In this document: positions 1 to 13,039 of the stretch, piece after piece
Layout of the letters: every line of letters starts with the position of its first letter
How positions within the stretch are numbered: the stretch's first letter is position 1
DNA from: Octopus vulgaris
Taxonomy: Eukaryota
Length of the DNA stretch: 64,000 nucleotides
Assembly: GCA_951406725.2 (NCBI GenBank)
Contig: OX597832.1
Coordinates: 54,684,001-54,748,000, forward strand
Reading direction: 5' to 3'
Position numbers and translations under genes: made by a program
The notes under the pieces: generated by a model
Seen by the model: the letters and a program-made list of their open reading frames with translations, nothing else
The model's database searches: none
What the model was told of the DNA's origin: nothing

Positions 1-3000
1 TAATGAGTAAAGAAGTAAGAAAAAGATTGCCAGTATTTAAAGGCACCAACAGAATGAAGCTGTTAGAAATGACTATGAAAGTAGATTCTGTTATCAGTAG
101 GATAGATGCTAAAAATATAGGAGACACTGACTTATTTATCAATGCAGGAGGGGTAGTAGTTATTAGAAGATTAGATATTCCACAAGGAAAGATTAGACAA
201 GAGCAAATGTGGAAAAGGAAATGACAAAATAAAAGTGAAGACTTTAAGGCAAGATCTGAGTATAACAGAAACCTGGAAACTGAACAAGTTAGGAAACACA
301 AGATGCAAATCTTCTCCCGAGAAAAAATATTTAGTCATAGAAAAAGGATTTGGGACAGTAATAGAAAAGTTGATACAGCGTATCATAACAGCAACAGGTA
401 AGCTCTCAAGATATCAAAAAAGAATAGATGAGTATCAACAGAATAAATTATTTGAAGCAGGCCAGGGGAGATTTTATAACCAAATAAATAGTGGAGAAAG
501 AAGTACTGAACATGAGAACCCAAATGCAGAAGAAGCTAGAAAGTTCTGGAGTAATATCTGGGATAAGCCAGTCAATCATAATGGACATGCAATATGGTTA
601 AAGAAAGTGAGGGAAAAAATAGTGAGTGAGAAGCAGCCACATCTAAGACTAACTAGTGCAATAATGAGTAAAGTGTTAGGAAAAATGCCGAATTGGAAGG
701 GCCCAGGACCAGATTTAGTTCAAGGGTACTGGCTAAAGAAATTTAGTAGTTTATATGGGAGGGAACAACTCAAGGATTGCCTTAATGGAGGAATAATACC
801 AGATTGGATGACTAGAGGGAGGACAATACTCATTATGAAAGATAAGAGCAAGGGTAATACACTTAGCAACTATAGACCATTAGTGTGGAAGCTGTTAAGA
901 GGAATGATTTCAGAAAGCATTTACGAGCACCTTGACAACCAGAATTTACTTCTAGAAGAACAGAAAGCTTGCAGGAAGAAGGCGAGAGGAACGCATGATC
1001 TATTAGACATAGACAAAGCAGTTCTAAATGAAGTAAAAGCTAGAAATAAAAATCTCACAATAACATGGATAGATTATAGGAAAGCCTTTGAAATTATCCC
1101 ACACTCGTGGATAAGTGAATGTTTGAGTATATTCAGTATTGCAGACAACATAAGAGAATTAATTAGCTTTAGCGTGAATAAATGAAAAATAGATCTCTAC
1201 TCAGGTGACAGATTAGGGAAAGTTTATATCAAGAGAGGAATGTTCCAAGAGGACTCGTTATCCCCTTTAATATTTGTCTTATGCTTGATCCCCCCAGTTT
1301 AGTATTAAGGAAAGCTAAGGCAGGGTATCAGTTCAGATATAGTAAGGGAAAAATTAACCATTTGCTCTACATGGATTTCTGGAACTTTTTAGTAAGAATG
1401 AGAAAGAGATAGTTCCTTAATACAGACCGTAAAACTCTTCAGCAAAGACACAGGTATGGAATTTGGCAGAAATAAGTGTGCAATATTAGGCATGTGAAGT
1501 GGACAGGTAGTCAACAGTGAAGGCATCCAATTACCAGATGGCTAGACATTAAAATTATTGAAAGGAGGAAAGAGTTATAAGTATCTAGGAGTATTAGAAT
1601 CTAACAGAGTACTAATTATAGAAATGCAAACGAAAATTGAGGAGTATATCAAAAGGCAAAGGAAGCTAGATGGTCCGAATCTAGTGTAAATACTTGGGCA
1701 GTATCATTATTTAGATACTCAGCAGCTTTTGTAGATTGGACAAAAACTGAATTAGCAAAGCTAGACAGAAGAACTAGGGAGGAATTCAATATGGATGAAG
1801 GACTCCAACAAACGGCAAGAGTAGCTTTGACTTCATTAGTTTTAACGTCTGGACAGGAAGACAAGAAAACTACTAACATCTAAGAACATGCACCACCCAA
1901 AAGCAGACGTTGATCATCTGTACCTACTTAGAAGTAATGGGGGAAGAGGAATGATGCAGGTAGAACTATGTTATAAGACCTCAACTATAGCAATGAACAA
2001 GTACTTATCTAGAACAGAGGAGTGGATGCAGCAACTTGTGTGCAAACACGAAAGCAGCAAAAAATCACATTCTATTGTCAAGGAAGCTTGCAAATTCGCA
2101 AGGGAACTTGGCATTAACCTTGAAGTAGACAAATAATCTGAAGACACTGCCATCAAACAAGCAAAACGGATTAAACAGATTGCAAAAAAGAACGGGCAGA
2201 AACAAATTGAGGAGTGGTAGAGCCAGAAGCATCTGCATGGACAGTATATACTTCGAAGCGCCGAAATGCTGATGTCGATCAAGCAACAACCAATCAGTGG
2301 ATGAGAAGCTCAAAACTGAAAGCAGAGTCTGGAGGTTTCATATTGGCGACACAAGATCAAAGCTTGCTTACCAAAAACGGTTCTAACACTAAATGCAGAT
2401 TCTGCGACACATTTGACGAAACAATAGATCATCTCATCTCGGGATGTCCTGCGCTATCACCAAACGAATACAAAACTCGCCACGATAGGGTAGGACAGTG
2501 TTTACATTGGAAAATATGTAAACACTACAAAATCAATACTCCTACTTACTAGTACGAACATCATCCTGAGCCAGTCGTTGAAGGTAAAAATGTTACTATA
2601 CTGTGTGATTTTCTAGTCAACACCGACAGAACGATCAAGGCTAATTGACCAGAGATGGTCATTAAAGACAGTGAAGAAAGTACTTGTAGATTAATAGATG
2701 TAAGTGTTCCTACTGGTAAAAATATATCTGTTAAGAATTTGACAAATTAAGTAAATATAAGGACCTGGAAATTGAAATACAAAAGGTGTGGCATCTTAAA
2801 GTGAGAACTATTCTTGTTATTGTGGGTGATAAGAAAGGAATGTCAGAAACATCTAGATAATATCCTAGGACAACCATGTCTTAGAGAAACCCAAAAGATT
2901 GTGTTAACAAGTACAGTCCACATCCTTTGAAAAACCCTATAAATTTAAATGTCTGTGTTGTGTTACATGAAGATATTAGTCATGCTGTAACATCTCTTAT

Positions 3001-3070
3001 CCTTCACTCGCCCTAGGACACTGGGTGTGTCTCAGTAAGTGATTGTCATAAACATACAGATTTAAAAGTA
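1..3070 (+). mobile_element. Decayed R4/Dong-like RLE non-LTR retrotransposon (RT, CCHC zinc knuckle, restriction-like endonuclease, 3' UTR); 5' end runs off the window
   Basis: Motifs occur in the expected order across broken frames: MPNWKGPGPDLVQGYWLKKF, GRTILIMKD..SNYRPL, EEQKACRK, WIDYRKAFEIIPHSWI, RGMFQEDSLSPLIF (~1230-1275), INHLLYMD (~1353-1376), FSKDTGMEFG..KCA, YKYLGV, HPKADVDHLYL.R..GGRG, CRFC...ETIDHLISGC..L....Y..RHD, LIDVSVP, KYKDLEIEI, QKIVLTSTVHIL. A (TAA)n tail follows. Many stops and frameshifts. Confidence 0.93.
235..1185 (+). pseudogene. Largest open remnant of the Dong/R4 ORF (N-terminal region to RT motif 3)
   Basis: 316-aa ORF with RT domain 0-3 motifs; stops before RT motif 4, which continues downstream. 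Confidence 0.88.
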
Positions 3071-3109
3071 AATAATAATAACAATAATAACAACAACAAC
3101 AACAACAGC

Positions 3110-3159
<50 letters not shown>

Positions 3160-3190
3160 TAATAATAATAACAGCAACAACAATAATAAT
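3071..3190 (+). repeat. (TAA)n/(CAA)n tail or target tract of the Dong-like element
   Basis: Directly follows the element's 3' UTR. Confidence 0.9.
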
Positions 3191-3265
3191 AAAAGTAACT
3201 TTTGTCTTCATAATTGAAAGAGAGAATGTTTGCGTGCGTGTGTGTATATGTGAAGCCCACTCTAA

Positions 3266-3670
<405 letters not shown>

Positions 3671-3992
3671 TGTGTGTGTGTATAGTTATATATATATGCA
3701 CATTTATATTTGTTTATGTACGTATTTCATTACAAACACACACACCCCGTACGCACACGCGCACACACACGCACAAACACACACGCGCACACACATACAA
3801 CCACATACACACACACACGTGATTGCAGTACATGTGTACCGTAGTACCGTTTTAGTCTACGTATAAACTACTTCTCACGTATCCAAACCGAGATATCATT
3901 AGCTTCCTGGCTTCCCATCACGATACATTATGAATAACTTAAACCAGTTGCCGCGTTGGAACCGAGCATCATGAAACAACAACAACAACAAC

Positions 3993-4024
<32 letters not shown>

Positions 4025-4159
4025 CAACAACAACAAACCCAAAAAAAGAGACAGCTTTATTCTTAGTGCAGTTCAGCTAATCTCTATATTATGGAAATAC
4101 AATAATGTATGCCGTGACTAAACCAACGCAATTTACCAAAGCATTAATAATCTTGTCTT

Positions 4160-4662
<503 letters not shown>

Positions 4663-4782
4663 GGCGGCGATGTTGATGGCGGCGTCTGTGATGGTAGTGA
4701 TAATGATCGTAATAATAAATCGTCTGGTCGCTTGTCTTGTATTAATAGCAGAAATGCTTCCTTGTGCTTAATCTCGCCGAAT

Positions 4783-4802
4783 TTTTCTTTTCTTTCTTTC
4801 CT

Positions 4803-4844
<42 letters not shown>

Positions 4845-5433
4845 TTTCTTTCTTTCTTTCCTTCTTTCTTTCTTTCTTTCTTTCCTTCTTTCTTTCCTTC
4901 CATCTCTCTTTCTTTCCTTCCTTTTTACCTTCTTTCTTTCCTTCTTTCCTTCATTCTTTCCTTCTTTCTTTCTTTCCTTCTTTCTTTCTTTCCTTCTTTC
5001 CTTCCTTCTTTCCTTCTTTCTTTCCTGCGTTCCTTCCTTCGTTCCTTCCTGCCTTCGTTCCTTCCTGCCTTCGCTCCTTCTTGCCTTCGTTCCTTCGTTC
5101 CTTCCTCCCTTGTTCCTTCTTTCTTTCCTTCTTTCCTTCATTCTTTCCTTCTTTCTTTCGTTCCTTCTTTCTTTCTTTCCTTCTTTCCTTCCTTCTTTCC
5201 TTCTTTCTTTCCTGCGTTCCTTCCTTCGTTCCTTCCTGCCTTCGTTCCTTCCTGCCTTCGCTCCTTCTTGCCTTCGTTCCTTCGTTCCTTCCTCCATTGT
5301 TCCTTCTTTCGTTCATTCCTTTCTTCGTTCCTTCCTGCCTTCGTTCCTTCCTCCCTTGTTCCTTCCTTCGTTCATTCCTTCCTTCGTTCATTCCTTTCTT
5401 CGTTCGTTCGTTCGTTCCTTCCCTCCTTCTTTC

Positions 5434-5467
<34 letters not shown>

Positions 5468-5545
5468 CTTATACTTCGTTCCTCTCACTCTCTCATTCTC
5501 TTTTTCCTTCTTTCTTCGATTCTTTCGTTCTTCTTCCTTCTCTAT
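4783..5545. repeat. Polypyrimidine (TTTC/TTCC/TTCG)n tract with internal duplicated blocks
   Basis: Direct reading; the block ttcctgcgttcc...cttcctcc recurs near 5020 and 5210. Confidence 0.95.
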
Positions 5546-5597
5546 GACTGTCATGTTTTTCGTTTCACGTATTATCTTCTTATGCTGGACATCAAGA

Positions 5598-5816
5598 TAT
5601 GCATGCACGTACGTACGTATGTATGTATGTACGTACGCCTGTATGTATGTACGTGCACATGTATGTATGTATTTATGCATGTATGTATGTATGTATCTAT
5701 GCATGCATGTACGCATGTATGTACGTACGCATGTATGTATGTATTTATGCATGCATGTATGTATGTATGTATATGTGCAGATTTTTATGTTTTGTTTTAT
5801 GTATATATTCTCATGC

Positions 5817-5847
<31 letters not shown>

Positions 5848-5918
5848 TGTATGTATGTATGTATGTATGTATGTATGTATGTATGTATGTATGTGTGTAT
5901 GTATGTATGTATGCATGT
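5598..5918. repeat. (TATG)n microsatellite
   Basis: Direct reading. Confidence 0.95.
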
Positions 5919-6123
5919 AAAGTTGTGAAAGAAAGAAATTGGAATTCACGAAACTTTCATCTTTTCATATAAACTCTACGGACATAAAGGAATTCTTGAA
6001 AAAAAATCCAGTGGCATATACCTCCATACTGTTGACATAAGGCAGCCGAATACAGTGGAAGGGATTTAAACAGCATAATACTAGAGTACAACCGAATATA
6101 AATTTATCACATATATGTATATA

Positions 6124-6204
<81 letters not shown>

Positions 6205-6206
<2 letters not shown>

Positions 6207-6945
6207 GTGTTTGTCATTGTTCAGTTTTATTTCAAGATTTCTTGCCAACAGAGAAAGAGCCGGTTTCTAACCTAGATCCTTCATTCTAATTTCAACATCA
6301 ACAACAGGGTATTTTTATTTGTATGTATGTATACCTGCAGATTTGTATGTTTTATGTATGTATTCTCATGCATATAGTTGCCTATCTATACATGCTCATA
6401 TATATTTAAATGATAAACTTCTGGAAAGTTTTACAGATTTTTACAGTTCCAGTGATGGCTATGATCGGTAATCTTCAAAATAGCTTTCTCTTTTCTGGCT
6501 TTGAGAAGCCTAATTTCTCAAGATTGGTATTTAGGCAGTGTGTTACATATCCCAGGGCCTCAATAATAAAAGGTATAAACCAGAATTTGTAATCTGGATA
6601 GAGTAACTGCAGATTTCTAAATCGTTAATTCCTACACATTTCACTGATCTTCAGCTTTATGTTAACATCCGTCGAGCAGCTAATTTGCACAACTGAACAC
6701 AGTTTCTCTTCTCTATCCCAAATCATTATATCAGGTCTGTTGTGCTTACATTTTATTGAGGCCTTCACTCCTTTTTATTATGAGTGGTTATGGCTTCTAC
6801 CATACTGTCGGTTATTATTTCTTTGTCCTCGGGGTTATCCTTCCGACGAATTTCCTTATAGAGTGTCCTAGCTACAACATCATGTCTCATCGGCAGATAA
6901 TACTGTGATGACATCTTTGGATAACTGCTCTATGATTGATGTTGA
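6205..6945 (-). mobile_element. 3' part of a second RLE non-LTR retrotransposon family (endonuclease, C-terminus, 3' UTR), ending at (CA)n(TA)n
   Basis: Minus-strand translation gives PKMSSQYYLPMRHDVVARTLY, KCKHNRPDIMIWDREEKLCSVVQISC, YPDYKFWFIPFIIEALGYVTHCL and ITGTVKICKTFQKFII*, i.e. the RHD motif and a PD-(D/E)xK nuclease. Confidence 0.85.
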
Positions 6946-7036
6946 GCCTCTGCCGCCTTGTTTTTCGTTTTAGGTAGAGGCGGTCTACGTCATTGTTTAT
7001 GTGGAAATTATATGTGCTTGTAAATATTGTTTCAAG

Positions 7037-8186
7037 GGCGGCGAGCTGGCAGAAACGTTAGCACGCCGGACGAAATGCGTAACCGTATTTCGTCTGCCGT
7101 TACGTTCTGAGTTCAAATTCCGCCGAGGTCGACTTTGCCTTTCATCCTTTCGGGGTCGATAAATTAAGTACCGGTTACGCACTGGAGTCGATGTAATCGA
7201 CTTAATCCGTTTGTCTGTCCTTGTTTGACCGCTCTGTGTTTAGCCCCTTGTGGGTAGTAAAGAAATAGGTATTTCGTCTGCCGCTACGTTCTGAGTTCAA
7301 ATTCCGCCGAGGTCGACTTTGCCGTTCATCCTTTCGGGATCGATAAATTAAGTACCAGTTACGCACTGGAGTCGATGTAATCGACTTAATCCGTTTGTCT
7401 GTCCTTGTTTGACCGCTCTGTGTTTAGCCCCTTGTGGGTAGTAAAGAAATAGGTATTTCGTCTGCCGCTACGTTCTGAGTTCAAATTCCGCCGAGGTCGA
7501 CTTTGCCGTTCATCCTTTCGGGATCGATAAATTAAGTACCAGTTACGCACTGGAGTCGATGTAATCGACTTAATCCGTTTGTCTGTCCTTGTTTGACCGC
7601 TCTGTGTTTAGCCCCTTGTGGGTAGTAAAGAAATAGGTATTTCGTCTGCCGCTACGTTCTGAGTTCAAATTCCGCCGAGGTCGACTTTGCCGTTCATCCT
7701 TTCGGGATCGATAAATTAAGTACCAGTTACGCACTGGAGTCGATGTAATCGACTTAATCCGTTTGTCTGTCCTTGTTTGACCGCTCTGTGTTTAGCCCCT
7801 TGTGGGTAGTAAAGAAATAGGTATTTCGTCTGCCGCTACGTTCTAAGTTCAAATTCCGCCGAGGTCGACTTTGCCGTTCATCCTTTCGGGATCGATAAAT
7901 TAAGTACCAGTTACGCACTGGAGTCGATGTAATCGACTTAATCCGTTTGTCTGTCCTTGTTTGACCGCTCTGTGTTTAGCCCCTTGTGGGTAGTAAAGAA
8001 ATAGGTATTTCGTCTGCCGCTACGTTCTGAGTTCAAATTCCGCTGAGGTCGACTTTGCCGTTCATCCTTTCGGGATCGATAAATTAAGTACCAGTTACGC
8101 ACTGGAGTCGATGTAATCGACTTAATCCGTTTGTCTGTCCTTGTTTGTCCCCTCTGTGTTTGGCCCCTTGTGGGTAGTAAAGAAAT
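7037..8186 (+). mobile_element. SINE-A tandem array: one tRNA-like head plus six 184-bp bodies
   Basis: Head GGCGGCGAGCTGGCAGAAACGTTAGC, B-box GAGTTCAAATTCC. Junction AGGTATTTCGTC at 7267, 7451, 7635, 7819, 8003. TATATGTGCTTGT occurs on both flanks. Confidence 0.95.
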
Positions 8187-8199
8187 ATATATGTGCTTG

Positions 8200-8305
8200 T
8201 TAGTATTTTGCTAGTCTGGTTTATAGTCTCCCCCGTTTCACAAGCATATAACAACAATTATCCTGACCAAATTCCAACTCTATATCCTTTGAGAATGTTG
8301 TAGAC
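8200..8305 (-). mobile_element. RT motif-6 remnant of an RLE LINE, probably the same element as 6205-6945
   Basis: Translates TTFSKDIELEFGQDNCCYMLVKRG, matching FSKDTGMEFG..KC in the element at 1-3070. Confidence 0.7.
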
Positions 8306-8430
8306 CCCTTATCTTTGATTACAACTCTTTCCTTGAGAAAGAAATTCCGAAATAATACCTGGCTCATTGCAAAACCGGAGACTTTGGTCTTGTTTGTTTC
8401 TGGACTATCTGACTTTGTTGGTGAGAGACT

Positions 8431-8477
8431 TACATACATATATACATATACATAATATATATATATATATATATATT

Positions 8478-8561
<84 letters not shown>

Positions 8562-8906
8562 AATGTATGTATGTATATTATTCTGAACCAGTTAAGCAAC
8601 GCTATTCAACGGTATAGAGATTTCGGTTTATTGCGTATCGATTTTAGAAGTGATCAATCAATATCCAACTGATTGTAATGTGCTTCTTGTAAAGTATTTA
8701 TGGTTTATGGTTTAGGTATGTAAATGCAGTCCTGCACTCAGAGATAAACAGCTATGTGCATATATAAACACACCAACAGACAGACACACACACACACATG
8801 CACAAACACATATACACTCACATACATACACACAGATGTAAAAGCGCACACAGATGTAAGCGTGTGAATGTGAACGAATAGATATATCTATGTATATGCA
8901 CACATA

Positions 8907-8961
<55 letters not shown>

Positions 8962-9214
8962 CATAACACGCATATATATATATACATAGACATAAACACG
9001 CATATGCACACAAACATATATATATATATGCATACAACATATAGGTATATATGTGCATTTACACATGCATACGTGTATGTATGCATATATAGGTATCTAT
9101 ATATACAAATATATGTATATATATATAGCTTTATATATGTATATATATACATACATATGAATATACATACACATATATATGTGTGTATATATACATATGT
9201 ACATTTACATATAT

Positions 9215-9248
<34 letters not shown>

Positions 9249-9260
9249 ATACACTTATAT

Positions 9261-9318
<58 letters not shown>

Positions 9319-9670
9319 ATATACACTATATATTATATATTATATAATATATATATATAAATATATATATACATATATACATATGTATATATATATATAT
9401 GTATGCATGCATGTATGTATGTGTGTGTATGTATATATATGCATATGTAATATATCGCATTTATATGTATGCATATGTAAATGTACGAATGCTAGCGTAT
9501 TTAAACTCGTCTACGTGGCACATTCTTTACCATTCTGACATCAATAAAACAGAGAACTATATATACACACACACACACACACATATACATACAAGCACAT
9601 AGGCATTCATAAATACATACATACATACATACATGCATACATACATATATGTTTATATATATATGTATGT
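8431..9670. repeat. Compound (TA)n/(CA)n/(TACA)n low-complexity field
   Basis: Direct reading, with short unique spacers. Confidence 0.9.
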
Positions 9671-10228
9671 GTCTCTGTTTATGTAACACAGTATAGAGAA
9701 CGAGTCCTATTCTAAGCAATAATCTTAAAGTCTGACGTTGCGGCATACTGTAGCGCTGTGCTATTGTTGCTAATGTTATCGCCATTGCTATCGCTGCCGT
9801 TGTCGTTGTAAATATTATTGTTCTTGTGCTTGTTGTATCTAATTCCGAACGACATTGTCACATTTGTGTTATCACATAACGAAATACTTCAATTTATTTG
9901 CATTCTGTTAAGGAATTTCGTGTTAGCATTCAAATTTTACGAAGAAAAAAATGTCTGACTATACAGACCTGGAATTTTTTATTTGACTACCCCGTTAGAT
10001 TGTGGTATAGTTTGAGCACATTCCTCCCATATAGTTGTAACAGACATAGACATACACACATGCGCATGCGCACAAACACACAGACACACACATACACACA
10101 CACATCCATACACACGAAATTATTGAATTGACAAAGAAACAGGAATAACATAATCCACTTCTTTAGCTTACAGCTGTTTCTGCTTTAAGAAGTAGTACGC
10201 GCAGAGCTAAGTGCAAATGTGTATATAC

Positions 10229-10370
10229 GAACCACATGGTTCCGGGTTCAGTCCCACCGCGTGGCACCTTGGGCAAGTGTCTTCTACTATAACTTCGGGC
10301 CGACCAAAGCCTTGTGGGTGGATTTGGTAGACAGAAACTGAAAGAAGCCCGTCGTATATATGTATGTATA

Positions 10371-10406
<36 letters not shown>

Positions 10407-10570
10407 TGTATGTATGTATGTATGTATGTTTGTGTATATGTTTGTGTGTCTATGTTTGTACCCCCAACATCGCTTGACAACCGATGCTGGTCTGTTTACG
10501 TCCCCGTAAGCTAGCGGTTCGGCAAAAGAGACCGACAGAATAAGTACTCAGCTTACAAAGAATAAGTCCT
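10229..10570 (+). mobile_element. SINE-B (5'-truncated, internal (TATG)n), cut at AATAAGTCCT
   Basis: GGTTCAGTCCC B-box-like motif, GGCACCTTGGGCAAGTGTCTT, and the body shared with many copies in the window. Confidence 0.92.
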
Positions 10571-10571
10571 G

Positions 10572-10888
10572 CCCACAAGGGGCTAAACATAGGGGGGATA
10601 AACAAGGACAGACAAATGGATTAAGTCGATTACATCGGCCCCAGTGCGTAACTGGTACTTAATTTATCGACCCCGACAGGATGAAAGGCAAAGTCGACCT
10701 CGGCGGAATTTGAACTCACAAAGACAAACGAATTAAGTCGATTATATCGGCCCCAGTGCGTAACTGGTACTTATTTAATCGACCCCCGACGGGATGAAAG
10801 GCAAAGTCGACCTCGGCGGAATTTGAACTCACAAAGACAAACGGATTAAGTCGATTATATCAACCCCAGGGCGTAACTGGTACTTAAT
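10572..10888 (-). mobile_element. SINE-A fragments with a shortened ~110-bp tandem unit
   Basis: Reverse complement of the SINE-A body; the junction TTTGAACTCACAAAGACAAACG occurs twice. Confidence 0.88.
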
Positions 10889-11419
10889 CGTTGTTTATGA
10901 TACTGAGAATAAATAGTTTTACATTGCTGTGACGCAGCCTTAGCAACTCGATACAGCCTTTCAGTAACACAGAAACACAGTAATGTTGCCTTTTGACTCG
11001 ATCACTTTATTTTAGACCTCTTTACAGTATGATATGGAAGCCAGAAGGATGTCGGCTGAAACTCTCTCCATCCTTGGGTCGTAATGCCTCTTTGCCTGTC
11101 CATAACAGTTTCGTTAGTTTGTCCAAAACGTCCATGCTTGTTTTCAGACTTTTAGTAAGTCCTTATTCTATGTATTCTGAGTAGCATAAAGCTTTCCTTT
11201 CGTAGATATCACGTTACACTGGTGGTTGGAAACAATTAGGAATGTGTATCAAATTTAATGTTGGACGTTCCGTGTCTCACATGTGATATACAGGACAGGT
11301 TAAGGGTTAATCGCTTGCTCAGTTTAACAACACCACTCATATGTTCTTATCTTTTAAGAACTTCGTCGTAGCGTATCGAAATCACCTTATTTCTAAGGCA
11401 TTCAACCATTCAGTTATTA

Positions 11420-11935
11420 CCGTAAATCCTCGAGTATAATCCGCATTTTTCCTCCAAAATTTAATGGTCAAAATCCCTAATGCGTACTATATACGAGGTT
11501 AAAAATGAAAGATATTTTCTAAGCAATGTCCGAGTCTCTATTTGCTGTCCGGCAATGTTTATTCAGACGCATTTTGTGATGTCAGGCGCGAAAATACCTT
11601 AAGCTAAGCCTGAAAGCAATGAAGTCATAAAAGAATCATCCATAACTTGCAGTAAGCAGCATTTATTAAACGTTATTACTGTTATTTCTTTATTTTCTGC
11701 AAACAAAATGCACAAAAAAGCTACACGTTTGCATTATGTTATATATACAATAATAATAATAAAGGACATTATCATATACATTTTTACAAACCAAGGACGT
11801 TATATAGACCTCCTTAGCGCAAGTTAGAGAAGGGGTGCGTTTTATACTCAAGGTTTAGGTTTTTTCAGAGGTACAGCCTCCTAAAAATCCCCTGCGTATT
11901 ATACTCAAGGGCGAACTATACTCGAGAATTTACGG
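11420..11935. mobile_element. Tc1/mariner-pogo type MITE with TA target-site duplication
   Basis: TA|CCGTAAATCCTCGAGTATAAT ... ACTATACTCGAGAATTTACGG|TA terminal inverted repeats, subterminal TATACTC repeats, non-coding AT-rich interior. Confidence 0.88.
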
Positions 11936-12487
11936 TACCAACATCTATCAGACGATTTAAAGATGTATTAAATAGACATTAGGAGTGTGTCTAATACGTT
12001 TGATGACACATTATTTGTAACTGTTACATTATAAACGGAACGCTAACGCGTGTTTACCTCAAGCAAATTCCTTACAACTTTCACTTAATTTTTAATTTCT
12101 GTTTCTCAAAAGAAACTTCACACAATGCAGCATATCTAAACTAGCCTTGAATCTATTACCGGCAGGAAGAGGTCGGCCAAAGAAGGACGGGTTCTTTAGA
12201 TTGTCTATTTTCACATCGAGCCATGTGAATAATTCCCATGAGAAGATTGAGGCCAAGTTCTGCAGTTTCGTTCATTATTGGCTTTGCTGTTGTTAAGTTA
12301 CTAAAAATATACACCAAGCTGTCTTAGCAATGGCGTCCTTTACGAGGAACGATTGTTTTTATGAATATCTGCGTAGGTTTTGACAATATCAAAATAGCCA
12401 TTTCTTAATCGATGTAAAGTGAATCCCGGGAAGACATTCTCTTTCCTGTCTTCTTTCTCTCCGCCTTGTTACATATATACATGCGCG

Positions 12488-12542
<55 letters not shown>

Positions 12543-12696
12543 TTATATTAATCAAAGGAATTCCAGCTTTGTGTGATTACAACTGCAGTTGTAAATTGTA
12601 AAACATAGCTGTCACTACTATATATGAACCTGGAGATTGCGTAGCTTAATGCAAGAAATTACGAGTTCAATCAGAATGAACATTTAATAGTCTATC

Positions 12697-12812
12697 ATTT
12701 CATTATATTATATTATATCATATCATATTATATTATATTATATTATAACATATTATATTATATTATATTATACTATATTATATTATTATATTATATTATA
12801 CTATATTATATC
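12697..12812. repeat. (ATATT)n pentanucleotide repeat
   Basis: Direct reading. Confidence 0.93.
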
Positions 12813-13039
12813 AGATTGCATTATTATAATAAAACAGGAAAATCAAAGTTGGATTTCCCTTCATTGATATATTCTTCTATACACACTCAGCCGTGTATAC
12901 GCAGCCGTGTATACGCACAGACACCCGTGTATACACAGCCGTGTATACGCACACACACACGTATATATGTAGGTCGCGTGTGTACCGTTGGCGATTTTTT
13001 TCCTCCGTCTTCCCTTCTTTGGATCTTTCCTTTTCCTAT

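Noticed and set aside
7037-8186. Regular array resembling a CRISPR locus or a retrozyme
   Set aside because: Units are fully repeated with no unique spacers, the context is eukaryotic with no cas genes, and I found no CUGANGA hammerhead core on either strand of the unit.
10890-11310. Possible piggyBac end (AAGGGTTAA at ~11302-11310) with a Cys-containing minus-strand peptide
   Set aside because: No partner TIR and no convincing transposase motif.
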